Source of the DNA: an uncultured Anaerolineales bacterium
GTDB taxonomy: Bacteria > Chloroflexota > Anaerolineae > CG2-30-64-16
Length of the DNA stretch: 64,000 bases
Direction: 5' to 3'
Assembly: GCA_964513075.1 (NCBI GenBank)
Contig: CAZELR010000007.1
Coordinates: forward strand, 22,208 to 86,207
Shown here: in pieces, positions 18,337 through 26,992 of the stretch
How the letters are laid out: every line of letters begins with the position of its first letter
How positions within the stretch are numbered: position 1 is the stretch's first letter
Program-made: the position numbers and the translations under genes
The notes under the pieces: generated by a model
Told to the model about the DNA's origin: nothing
Seen by the model: the letters and a program-made list of their open reading frames with translations, nothing else
The model's database searches: none

Positions 18337-19602
18337 TCAGTATCCGTACGCTTCTGCAAATGCCACCAACGCATCCTCAAACACACTCATGGGGGCCGTC
18401 ACGATGCCCGCCCCCACCTGGCCGATGCCCGGGTCCTTGTGGGCGACGCCGGTGTTGACGCGGGGCGAGATGCCCTTTTCCACCACCTTGCGGATGTCGA
18501 TCCCCGTCGGGGTGCCGCGAAAGTCCAGGGGCGGCATGGTGAAGAACTTGTGCTCGGCGTACGTGATCTCGTACATATCCAGCGTGGTGTTGATCGCGTC
18601 GCGCGCTGAGCCGCCGACGAACGATACGATGGCCGGCGCGGATGCCATCGCGAACCCGCCGATGCCCGCCGTCTCGGTGATGGTGCTGTCGCCGATATCG
18701 GGGTTGGCGTCAGCCTCGGTGAATCCTGAGAAGTACAACGCCTTCACCTTGCCGGCCGGGGCCGTGAACCAGCGGTCGCCCAGGCCGCTGACGCGGATGC
18801 CGAAGTCCGTGCCGTTGCGGGCCATGGTGGTGACGATGGTGCTGCCCGGAATCCCGTGACCAGCCAGCGTCATGAGCTTGCACGCGGCCATGCCCGGGTT
18901 CAACACGGCCAATGGGTTGTCGCCGAGCAGCCGCAGGATATCGGAGGCGATGTCGGCGGAGGGGGCCACCTTGACCACGGACGCGTCTAAGCTCTTGAGG
19001 AAGAGCAGCGTGCCGGCCTGCATCCGGTTGTGGCCGTCATCGCCCATGTGGAGCGACTGCGCCAACAGCGAGCGCAGGTCGATGCCGCCGCTGGTGCCGC
19101 CGGCCAGGCGGACCGCTGCATCCAGCACGGGCGCCATCACCTCGTTCAGCCAGCGCAGGCGGTCCAGCACGTCCTCGCTATATGCGCCCATGCGCAGCAC
19201 CTTGCCGCGGCCTTCGTTGATGCTCGAGAAGGCACGCGGACCGCCCGGTCCGCCGGCCTGGTCCTCGACGATGTAGACCATCATCGAGGGCGAGATCAGG
19301 CCTGCCATCGGGCCGGCAGCCGAGTAATGGTGGCAGGGCGCGAAGTCGATTGCCCCCGCTGTGATCAGCGCCTCCGCGTCGTCCCAGCCCCTGGCCTTGC
19401 CTTCGAAGATCAGTGCGCCCACGGCCGCGCCTTTCATCGGGCCGGCCATGCGCTCCCAGGTGATCGGTGGGCCCGCGTGCAGCAGCAGATTGTCGCGCAT
19501 CCCAGGAATCACATCCCGCGCTCGTCCCAGCCCGATCAGCACCGGCCTGGATGCCATCATACGTTCAACGGTTGTGCGATTGGCTTGCTCGATGTCTATC
19601 AT
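18337..19602 (-). CDS. DUF1116-family protein (YlbE/AllG-like; partner of FdrA)
   Basis: Start at ATG 19602 (MIDIEQANR; AAGGAG SD); the ORF-track extension to 19653 reads through the hairpin element; conserved DUF1116 length (~420 aa) and FdrA adjacency. Confidence 0.75.
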   Translation of the reverse strand: MIDIEQANRTTVERMMASRPVLIGLGRARDVIPGMRDNLLLHAGPPITWERMAGPMKGAAVGALIFEGKARGWDDAEALITAGAIDFAPCHHYSAAGPMAGLISPSMMVYIVEDQAGGPGGPRAFSSINEGRGKVLRMGAYSEDVLDRLRWLNEVMAPVLDAAVRLAGGTSGGIDLRSLLAQSLHMGDDGHNRMQAGTLLFLKSLDASVVKVAPSADIASDILRLLGDNPLAVLNPGMAACKLMTLAGHGIPGSTIVTTMARNGTDFGIRVSGLGDRWFTAPAGKVKALYFSGFTEADANPDIGDSTITETAGIGGFAMASAPAIVSFVGGSARDAINTTLDMYEITYAEHKFFTMPPLDFRGTPTGIDIRKVVEKGISPRVNTGVAHKDPGIGQVGAGIVTAPMSVFEDALVAFAEAYGY

Positions 19603-19613
19603 GGCCTCTCCTT

Positions 19614-19644
19614 CAGACCTTCGAGGTCTCGCAGACCTCGAAGG
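19614..19644. repeat. Palindromic hairpin element, copy 2 (GACCTTCGAGGTCT-CGC-AGACCTCGAAGGTC), intercistronic between fdrA and the DUF1116 gene
   Basis: Same 31-nt element as 18296-18326 with a T/A to C/G compensatory change that preserves the stem. Confidence 0.5.
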
Positions 19645-19652
19645 TCTCCACA

Positions 19653-21446
19653 TCAGGATGACAGGCGACTGGCCCCTTTCATTCGTGCGAGGATCGCGGC
19701 CAGCTTCTCGTTTCCCCCGGCGGGCGGCCGCCAGTCCACCTGGATGGCCTGGCTGCCCTGGGCGATCAGGTTCTCGGCGAACGACTCCAGGCCGACGTTG
19801 ATGGCGGAGAGCGGCTTTTGCAGGGTCGCGAGGTCCACCGGTGCGGCAGATCGGGACAAAGCAGATTGGGATTCTGGATTGAGGCTGCGCACCAACTGGC
19901 CGGCGTAGCGGATCGTTGCCTCATTATTCGTATCAACCCACGCGCCCGCGTTTCTGAGCTGCTCGATCTGGCTGGCCAAGCCTTGCGGATCTTCGTCTGT
20001 GCCCGTGACGACAGCGACGATTTCCAGGTAACGACCGCTCGCCTGGGCTGCGGCTCTGGCCCTGGCGATGGCAGGGGCCAGCTCGCTGGCGGGGTCGGGG
20101 TGCGATCCGTAGCCGAGAACCACGTCCAGCATGATTACGGCCGTCTCCGGATCCGCGGCTTCTTGATCCAGCCGGCGGATGCGCAGCTCATTGTTCATCA
20201 TCGGATGCAGTCGTCCAACGGTGAACTCGTCCTCGCCCAGGTCGATGATGGTATGCTCCTGGCTCGTCAACGCGTTGGGAATCCGGTTTGCCTTATTGAG
20301 AGGCGCGTTGGCCCACACGCGGGGCAGGTAGTCCTGGAGCAGGTATTGCGCTTCGTAGGCCAGCGTGCCGCCTGAAAACAGACCGCGCAGATAACGTTGT
20401 CCAGGCGCAAACCTCCCCCCCTCCTCGATTCCCCCCCCTCTCCGGACGGCAGAACTGTCGCCGTCGGGAGAGGGGGGCAGGGGGGTGAGGTCAACCGCCA
20501 AGCGCGCCGCATCGTCCAGCCCCGTTGCGAAGTAGAGATTGTCGATTTGCCGGGCCGACGCGGCACGACCGATGAAATTCACGACCACCGGCTTCTGCGC
20601 CTGGCGGGCCAGCGCCAACATCTCCTCGGCGACCCTGGGCGCGGGCGGCTTGGACACCAGGACGATGACCCGTGTCTCGGGGTCGCGTGCCAGCACATCG
20701 ATGGCCTGCCGGAAAGTGACCGCGCCGACCTGCTCCGTGAGATCGCGACCGCCCGTGCCGATGCCGTGGGTGAGGCCTCCGCCCAACTGGTGGATGCGCG
20801 CAGTAACGTGCTGCAAGCCTGTGCCGGCCGCGGCCACGACGCCGATCGGTCCGCGGCGCACCCCGTTGGCGAAGCCGAGGCCGATCCCATTGATGATGGC
20901 GGTCCCGCAGTCCGGACCCATCACCAGCAGACCGCGCGCCGACGACATCTCCTTGAGCGCTATCTCGTCTTCGATCGACACGTTGTCGCTGAACAGGAAG
21001 ACGTGCTTGCCCAGCTCCAGCGCCGCGCGCGCGACCCCGGCAGCATAGCGGCCTGCAACCGAGACCAGCACCCAAGAGGCGTCAGGAAGCAGCGCGGCCG
21101 CGGTCTCCAGGCTTTGCGGCCGGTAGTCTTGCTGAAGGGTCGAAGCGCGCCGGGTGAGCAGCCCATCGACCTGCGCCAGCGCGGCGCGGGCTGACGCCTT
21201 GTCGAGTGCCTTGACGGTGATGATCAGGTCGTCGGACCTGATATCGCGCACTTCCGGCGGCAGCAGGCCGCTCTGGGCCAGCAGCTCAAGATTGGCAGGC
21301 GTGCCCATCATCACCCCGGCGTCGACGACATTGGGGAGTGCAGCGAGGGAAGCGCGCAATTGCATCAGGACGATAGAGTCGTAGTAGGCGCTGCGCCTTA
21401 GCTCGGCTTGAGTAACTGTCATGGGCATTTCATGCTTGGGCATCAT
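19653..21446 (-). CDS. fdrA: FdrA-family protein (succinyl-CoA-synthetase-alpha-like CoA-binding/ligase fold; AllF-like)
   Basis: 597 aa; CoA-binding Rossmann plus ligase-CoA domains (GIGTGGRDL...; VSKPPAP...); GGAG SD 9 nt upstream of the ATG pair. Confidence 0.8.
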   Translation of the reverse strand: MMPKHEMPMTVTQAELRRSAYYDSIVLMQLRASLAALPNVVDAGVMMGTPANLELLAQSGLLPPEVRDIRSDDLIITVKALDKASARAALAQVDGLLTRRASTLQQDYRPQSLETAAALLPDASWVLVSVAGRYAAGVARAALELGKHVFLFSDNVSIEDEIALKEMSSARGLLVMGPDCGTAIINGIGLGFANGVRRGPIGVVAAAGTGLQHVTARIHQLGGGLTHGIGTGGRDLTEQVGAVTFRQAIDVLARDPETRVIVLVSKPPAPRVAEEMLALARQAQKPVVVNFIGRAASARQIDNLYFATGLDDAARLAVDLTPLPPSPDGDSSAVRRGGGIEEGGRFAPGQRYLRGLFSGGTLAYEAQYLLQDYLPRVWANAPLNKANRIPNALTSQEHTIIDLGEDEFTVGRLHPMMNNELRIRRLDQEAADPETAVIMLDVVLGYGSHPDPASELAPAIARARAAAQASGRYLEIVAVVTGTDEDPQGLASQIEQLRNAGAWVDTNNEATIRYAGQLVRSLNPESQSALSRSAAPVDLATLQKPLSAINVGLESFAENLIAQGSQAIQVDWRPPAGGNEKLAAILARMKGASRLSS

Positions 21447-21470
21447 GATGCGTGGCTCCGATTCGGGTGC

Positions 21471-22661
21471 TCAGATCACTCCCTGGGCCTTGAGCTGTTG
21501 GACTTGTTCCTGGGTATAGCCCAGGTCTGCCAGGATCTCTCCGGTGTGCTGCCCCAATGTTGGCGACGGCAGGCGGTAGCTGACGGGCGTGGCGCTCAGA
21601 TGCACCGGGTTGCCCACCGAGCGCACCAGGCCGGCGGTGGGGTGCAACTGCTCCACAATCATCTCGCGGGCGATGATCTGGGGATCATTGAGTGCTTCGT
21701 CCACTTCGTTGATCGGCCCGCAGGGGATATCGGCCGCGCGCAATCTCTCCAGCCAGAACGCCGCATCCTGGGTCGCAAAGACCTGCTCCAGCAGTGGAAT
21801 CAGCGCGCTGCGATTGCGGATGCGGTCCGGGTTGGTGGCGAAGCGCGGATCAGCACCCACAGTCTCGACGATATTGAGCGCCTGGCAGAACCGCGTCCAG
21901 AGCCGCTCCGTGCCTACCGCGACGGTCAGGTGCTTATCGCGCGCGCGAAACGGTTGGTAAGGCACAATGGTTGCGTGGGCGTTTCCGATCTTCTGCGGAC
22001 GTTCGCCGGTGGCGAAGTACGCGCCGGCCATGTGCGTCATCCAGGCGAGCTGGCTATCGAGCAGCGCCATGTCCAATACCTGGCCCTGTCCCGTCCGGTC
22101 GCGGGCCACGAGCGCCGACAGGATGCCGATCATGCAATACAGGCTGCAGGTGGCATCGGCGAGTGGGATCGGAAAGCGGATCGGCCCCATGCCCGGCTCG
22201 CCGGTCTGCGCCATGAGCCCGGCGCGTGCCTGCGCCACTACATCATAGCCGCCCTGGCCCGCCTCCGGCCCGGTCATGCCGAAGCCGCTGATGAGGCAAC
22301 AGATCAAGCGCGGGTTGATCCCACGCAGGGTGTCCGGGTCCGCGCGCAGCCTGCGCAACGACTCCAGGCTGGGCTGGTTGACCATGAAGACGTCGGCCTC
22401 GGCGATCAGCCGATGCAGGATGGCTTGCCCCTCCGGCTCTTTCAGATTGAGCGTGATCCCGCGCTTGTTGCGGTTGACGCTCATGAAGTAGGCGCTTTCC
22501 TTTTTGACATAAGGAGGCGCCCAGCCGCGGGTCATGTCGCCCGCGCCGGGACGCTCGATCTTGATGACATCGGCCCCTAAATCGCCCAGCATCATGGCGC
22601 AAAACGGCCCAGCCAGCGCCTCAGTCATTTCGATGACACGAATTCCGTCGAGTGGCTCCAT
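21471..22661 (-). CDS. Family III CoA-transferase (CaiB/BaiF/formyl-CoA transferase type)
   Basis: 396 aa; MEPLDGIRVIEMTEALAGPFCAMMLGDLGADVIKIERPGAGDMTRGW is the canonical family-III N-terminus. Confidence 0.85.
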   Translation of the reverse strand: MEPLDGIRVIEMTEALAGPFCAMMLGDLGADVIKIERPGAGDMTRGWAPPYVKKESAYFMSVNRNKRGITLNLKEPEGQAILHRLIAEADVFMVNQPSLESLRRLRADPDTLRGINPRLICCLISGFGMTGPEAGQGGYDVVAQARAGLMAQTGEPGMGPIRFPIPLADATCSLYCMIGILSALVARDRTGQGQVLDMALLDSQLAWMTHMAGAYFATGERPQKIGNAHATIVPYQPFRARDKHLTVAVGTERLWTRFCQALNIVETVGADPRFATNPDRIRNRSALIPLLEQVFATQDAAFWLERLRAADIPCGPINEVDEALNDPQIIAREMIVEQLHPTAGLVRSVGNPVHLSATPVSYRLPSPTLGQHTGEILADLGYTQEQVQQLKAQGVI

Positions 22662-22706
22662 GGAGTACCTCTTAGTCTTCAGAACTCGAGATTGCGTCCG
22701 GGACTT

Positions 22707-23924
22707 TTAACCCCGTGATCCTTGATCCCCAATCCCTGGTCTGGGCATATCGCGGCCGAATAGGGCGAAGAACACCGTTCCGGCTGCGCCGAAGGCAGCC
22801 GCCACCAGGAAGTTGGTCTGCGGCGAGATTTCCCACAGGAACGCGCCGCCGAACGCGGCGAGCGAGACGATGACATCGCGTATGAGATAGTATAGCCCGA
22901 ACATCGCCGCCTTTTTGTCCTCGGGCGCCAGGTCCATGATCAGCGCCTTGCGAGTCGGTTCACCGAACTCCTTGAGCCCGCGCACGATGAACGCAACGAC
23001 GAGCATCCAGAAAGAGTGCGAAAACAGCAAGACCACAGGAAAGAGGGTGAAGTTCAGAAACGTGATCGCCACATAAGGCTTCTTGCCGTTCCGGTCGGCC
23101 AGGTAGGCGACTGGAATGTAGACCAGCATTGCCACGATCATCTCGATGGTGGTCAGCAAGCCGAATTGCGGCGCTGAGACGCCGACCACCTTCATGGCCC
23201 AGATGACGGCGAACGCGTAGGGAATCTGCTCGCAGAAGCGCACCAAGATGTCGGAGATCAACAGGTTGCGCAGGTCGGGCGTTATGAAGCGGACCAGCCG
23301 CAAGGGGTTACTCTCTGCTTGTTTCTTCTGCTGGCCTTCTTCGATCAGTAACTGTTGGAGCACCAGAGCGATCAGCGCCAGGGCCAGTGCAACGCCGAAC
23401 GCTGCGCGCACGCCATCTCGTTCGCCGTAGGCGGCGATCAGCAGCCCACCGATCACCGGACCGAGCGCCATGGGAATCCGCCGCACCAGGGAGTGGAGCG
23501 ACACGCCCATAGTGCGCTTGTCCTTGGGCAGCGCCGCAGCAACCAGGCTCATGGTCGCGGGCAGCGAGAGAGCATCCCATGAGATGAAGAAGACAGCCCC
23601 GACAATCACCGCCTGCCAGGTGGGAAACAGGATGACGATGATGTAGCCAACCATCGCGACCACATTGAAGATGGCCAGCGCGCGTTTGTAGCCCACGCGA
23701 TCGCTCAGGTAGCCGCCAGGGAACGAGTACAGCGCGCTGAGCAGGTTATCCATCCCGTTCAACAGGCCGATGGCGTAGGAGCTGCCGCCCAGCGCGATCA
23801 AGTAGATGGGTAGGAAGCGCTCACCCAACTTCTCGCCCATCCCCACCAGGACGACCATGACCAGCAGGGTGGCGATGTTGCGGCGGAGGCCCAGGAAGTC
23901 GCTGATGCGACGTTTAAAAGTCAT
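22707..23924 (-). CDS. MFS transporter
   Basis: Probable start MTFKRR at 23924, forming an ATGA stop/start overlap with the upstream CN-hydrolase gene; 12 TM helices; the ORF-track 5' extension (Arg-rich) is rejected. Confidence 0.75.
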   Translation of the reverse strand: MTFKRRISDFLGLRRNIATLLVMVVLVGMGEKLGERFLPIYLIALGGSSYAIGLLNGMDNLLSALYSFPGGYLSDRVGYKRALAIFNVVAMVGYIIVILFPTWQAVIVGAVFFISWDALSLPATMSLVAAALPKDKRTMGVSLHSLVRRIPMALGPVIGGLLIAAYGERDGVRAAFGVALALALIALVLQQLLIEEGQQKKQAESNPLRLVRFITPDLRNLLISDILVRFCEQIPYAFAVIWAMKVVGVSAPQFGLLTTIEMIVAMLVYIPVAYLADRNGKKPYVAITFLNFTLFPVVLLFSHSFWMLVVAFIVRGLKEFGEPTRKALIMDLAPEDKKAAMFGLYYLIRDVIVSLAAFGGAFLWEISPQTNFLVAAAFGAAGTVFFALFGRDMPRPGIGDQGSRG

Positions 23925-24871
23925 AGGGTATCCGGAGGTTTCGCCGGCTCGAACCTGCCTTTTGCTGGCGTCAAGATGTTGCGATAGGCGGCCAGGTTGC
24001 GCTCCCGCAGATGCTCGAAGATCATGGGACTGGCCGCGCCGTAGGTGATGCGCTTGAGCGGATCGGGGTCGAGCTCGGCGAAGCAGACCTCCTCGGTGCC
24101 GCGCGCCTGTGCCAGTTTGTGCGCGATGGGATCGACGATCATGCTGTGGCCGAAGTAGTAGTTGCCGCCTGCGTCGGGACCCACGTAGTTGCAACCAATC
24201 AGGTAAACATGGTTGTCATACGCGCGCGCCCGGTTGGTCAGCTCCCAGATTTCGAACGAGCGGAGCAGGGCGCTGGTGCGGATGATCACTTCTGCGCCCA
24301 TGATGGCCTCCGCGCGATACAGCTCCGGGAAGTCGCCATCGAAGCAAATGGTCAGACCGATATTCGCCAGCGGCGTCTCGATCACCACGGGGTCCATCCC
24401 GGGGGTCGACCATCCGCTGACTTCTACCTCCCCTTGCCTGTGCATGGGAGAGGTGGGCGAGCTTCGCTCGCGCGGGGTGAGTGCCCTCATGCGTTCGGTG
24501 GGGAACAGGTGCGTCTTGCGGTACACCCCCAGCACATCGCCGCTTGGCCCGATCAACGCGGCCGAGTTGAATACGACGCCGCGCGTCTCCCCGCGTTCGT
24601 AGGCGCCGAAGGCCAGATGAATGCCCAGCTCCTGCGCCACTGCCTGCAGCGGCTCGGTTTGGCGCCCTGGCAGGGTGTCCACCGTATCCCAGAGATCGCC
24701 TGGTCCAACGCCGGGTGCGAAGCCGGTGGTGATCGTCTCCGGCAGCACGATGAGCTGGGCGCCCGATTCGTCAAACGCGCGGCGGGTCCAGGCGACCGAT
24801 TTGGCGACATTGGCCGCGATATCCATCGGCGTGATCGCGTACTGGGCGCAAGCGGCGGTGAAGCGTTGCAT
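23921..24871 (-). CDS. Carbon-nitrogen hydrolase (nitrilase-superfamily amidase)
   Basis: 316 aa; E-K-C catalytic-triad context (...LIVLPE..., ...RKTHLF..., ...ICFDGDFPE...). Confidence 0.8.
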   Translation of the reverse strand: MQRFTAACAQYAITPMDIAANVAKSVAWTRRAFDESGAQLIVLPETITTGFAPGVGPGDLWDTVDTLPGRQTEPLQAVAQELGIHLAFGAYERGETRGVVFNSAALIGPSGDVLGVYRKTHLFPTERMRALTPRERSSPTSPMHRQGEVEVSGWSTPGMDPVVIETPLANIGLTICFDGDFPELYRAEAIMGAEVIIRTSALLRSFEIWELTNRARAYDNHVYLIGCNYVGPDAGGNYYFGHSMIVDPIAHKLAQARGTEEVCFAELDPDPLKRITYGAASPMIFEHLRERNLAAYRNILTPAKGRFEPAKPPDTL

Positions 24872-24949
24872 CGTTGCTCCTGGGGGCCGGTTCCAGGTTG
24901 GCGGGTTGCAGGTTGCAGATCACAACCTTTGACCTGCAACCTGTAACCT

Positions 24950-25822
24950 TCAACCGCGCGACAGTGCGTTGATCCGATCGACGTGCGCCGGGTTGAACGC
25001 ATCACCGAACTTCGTCATGCCCATCGTCTCTTTGAGCTCCATCAGCTCGTCGTATTCAGCATCTTCCACGAACGCGACGCAGCGGCCGATCGAGCTTTCG
25101 CCGTCCACAAAGCGCCAGGGGAAGAATCCCACCGTGGCGCGACGGTTAAGCAGTAAGTCGATCTCGCCGCCGATGCACTCCGCGTGGATGATGTGATGCG
25201 GGAACATCTCGATGTGCATGAGCTGATACTTGGAATCGTCGAAGCACTCTTCCAGGCTTTGGCCGTACTTCTTGCGGAAGTGCGCGTCCGCCTCTTTGGC
25301 CTGGCGCGGCATCCACTGCCGGATGATGGTGTTCATAGGATGATCCGCGCTGCCGCAATCCACGCCGATCCATTTGATCTGCTTCCGTTTGGCCCATTCC
25401 GCAAACTCCCGATCGGGCCCGGGGTGCTGCACCATATAGCGGATCTCATCCGCCGTGGGCATGTCCCAGCCGAAGTGGTGATAACCGGTGTGAATGATCA
25501 GGATGTCGCCCTGGCGCACCTCGACGCGCTCCTCGATCATTTTGGCAGTGTAGACGTCGTAGTTGCCGCAGACATCCGAGAGGTCCACGATGGCTCCGGG
25601 CCCGACCAGGAAATCCATCTCCAGGCTGGCAATATCTTTGCCTGGCGTGAAGAAGTGGATCTCGCCGTCGAGATGCGTGCCCAGGTGGTTGGAGTGGGTG
25701 AGCAGCTGGCCGTTAGCCCCATTGGGAGCCAGTCGTTTGAAGTACTTTACCTGCAGCGGCTCATAGGTGGGCCACGCCGGCGTGCCGATGCCCAGAGGGA
25801 TGGTGAGGTCGATGATCTTCAT
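24950..25822 (-). CDS. Putative cyclase family protein (kynurenine-formamidase/isatin-hydrolase-like metal-dependent amidohydrolase)
   Basis: 290 aa; HxGTHxDxxxH-type motif (SNHLGTHLDGEIHF) characteristic of the cyclase/arylformamidase family. Confidence 0.75.
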   Translation of the reverse strand: MKIIDLTIPLGIGTPAWPTYEPLQVKYFKRLAPNGANGQLLTHSNHLGTHLDGEIHFFTPGKDIASLEMDFLVGPGAIVDLSDVCGNYDVYTAKMIEERVEVRQGDILIIHTGYHHFGWDMPTADEIRYMVQHPGPDREFAEWAKRKQIKWIGVDCGSADHPMNTIIRQWMPRQAKEADAHFRKKYGQSLEECFDDSKYQLMHIEMFPHHIIHAECIGGEIDLLLNRRATVGFFPWRFVDGESSIGRCVAFVEDAEYDELMELKETMGMTKFGDAFNPAHVDRINALSRG

Positions 25823-25839
25823 GGTGGTAATATGCCTCC

Positions 25840-26808
25840 TTATTGATCTCCAAAGTCCGCTATGAAGTAGATGCCCCAGGCGCCTCGCGCCACGCCGATG
25901 CCGATCTCGGTGGCGCGATCTGCCATGATGTTCCGCACATGGGGGTCCGCCCCGGGCGGTTCATTCCACCACATTGCCAGTGCGTGTTCTACGCTCTGCG
26001 CGTTGGCCCAATTCTCACCGGACCAGGTCGGGACATAGCCTGCTCGCTGCAGCCGCGCGGCTAACCGTGCGCCGTCGGAGCCGACATGACTGCCGCGGTT
26101 GCGCCGAGCGCAGTCGTCGGCATGCGCTTGGGCCGCGGCCGCCAGCGTGTCGTTCCAGGTGAGGGCCGCGCGGCCGCCGGCCAGGCGTTTTTCATTGATC
26201 CGGTTCAGCAGATCAAGGGCCATGGGGTCGATTTCCGAAGCGGACGCCGCAGCTTGCTCTGGTGCAGGCGCTGATTCGGCCTGCAGCGCCGGTTCCGGCG
26301 CGGCAGATTGCTGCGCTGGGGCACTCACTTGCACTGCTGCCAGGGCATTCTGCGTCATTCCCGGGATGCGCAGTTGTTGGCCCACCGCGAGACGTCGGGG
26401 ATCCACCCCGGAATTGGCGGCAAGCAGGTCATCGACAGAAAGACCGTAGTTGGCGGCAATATCCCACAGGGTGTCATCCACCCGCACGGTATACGTCGCG
26501 CTGACCGCTGCAGGTGACACAGTGGTTGTTACAGGGCTGCTGGGCACGCGGATAATTTGTCCGGGCCGCAGCAGCTTGGGATCGCCCAGGCTGTTGTTGA
26601 GCGCGAGCAGTTCCTGCAGAGTGATGCCGTGAGCTGCGGCGATCTTCCAAAGCGTATCGCCGGGTTGGATCGTGTAGAGATAGCTGGTTTCCGCTTCCGT
26701 TGCGGTGTCGGTGAGTCCGGTTGCGGTTGCGTTGAAGGGCAAGTATAGCGTTAGCGAGAGGAACAGTACACAGAGCAACCGGTATCGTTGAATACGTTGG
26801 TTGTGCAT
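25840..26808 (-). CDS. Secreted protein with two LysM domains and a C-terminal CAP/SCP/PR-1-like domain
   Basis: Start at ATG 26808 (MHNQRIQRYRLLCVLFLSL signal peptide); two LysM repeats (YTIQPGDTLWKIAAAHG..., YTVRVDDTLWDIAANYG...); CAP-like end (GHYTQVVW-like ...MWWNEPPG...). Confidence 0.75.
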   Translation of the reverse strand: MHNQRIQRYRLLCVLFLSLTLYLPFNATATGLTDTATEAETSYLYTIQPGDTLWKIAAAHGITLQELLALNNSLGDPKLLRPGQIIRVPSSPVTTTVSPAAVSATYTVRVDDTLWDIAANYGLSVDDLLAANSGVDPRRLAVGQQLRIPGMTQNALAAVQVSAPAQQSAAPEPALQAESAPAPEQAAASASEIDPMALDLLNRINEKRLAGGRAALTWNDTLAAAAQAHADDCARRNRGSHVGSDGARLAARLQRAGYVPTWSGENWANAQSVEHALAMWWNEPPGADPHVRNIMADRATEIGIGVARGAWGIYFIADFGDQ

Positions 26809-26814
26809 GGGGCC

Positions 26815-26891
26815 AGTATAGCATCGTCTCTGCGTTTTCGGCAAGTAGCGCGCGGAAGGAATTGTCAAGCCGGTTTATATTTGCTATACTC
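26815..26891. promoter_or_regulatory. Divergent overlapping promoters: + strand TTGTCA-N17-TATACT for the giant gene; - strand TTGCCG-N18-TATACT ending 6 nt before the LysM-CAP ATG (leaderless?)
   Basis: + strand: TTGTCA 26863-26868, 17-nt spacer, TATACT 26886-26891. - strand: TATACT is the reverse complement of 26815-26820. The TTGTCAAGCCGGT...TATACTCAT module recurs at 33200-33231. Confidence 0.45.
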
Positions 26892-26992
26892 ATTCGCGCC
26901 TTATGGTGACGCGTGCAGCACCGGCGTCTAACCACTGACCCTCCTCGTGCCGTTCGCGCCGCGTTGTCTGTTCCTGGACAAAGGAGGCGCAT

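Noticed and set aside
18337-21446. Naming FdrA/DUF1116 as oxamate carbamoyltransferase AllFG
   Set aside because: The third subunit (DUF2877/YlbF) and a carbamate kinase are not present in the window; family-level calls only.
21408-22580. 390-aa plus-strand ORF opposite the CoA-transferase gene
   Set aside because: The minus-strand frame has the canonical family-III CoA-transferase N-terminus; the plus frame is a featureless Arg/Ala/Gly-rich antisense ORF.
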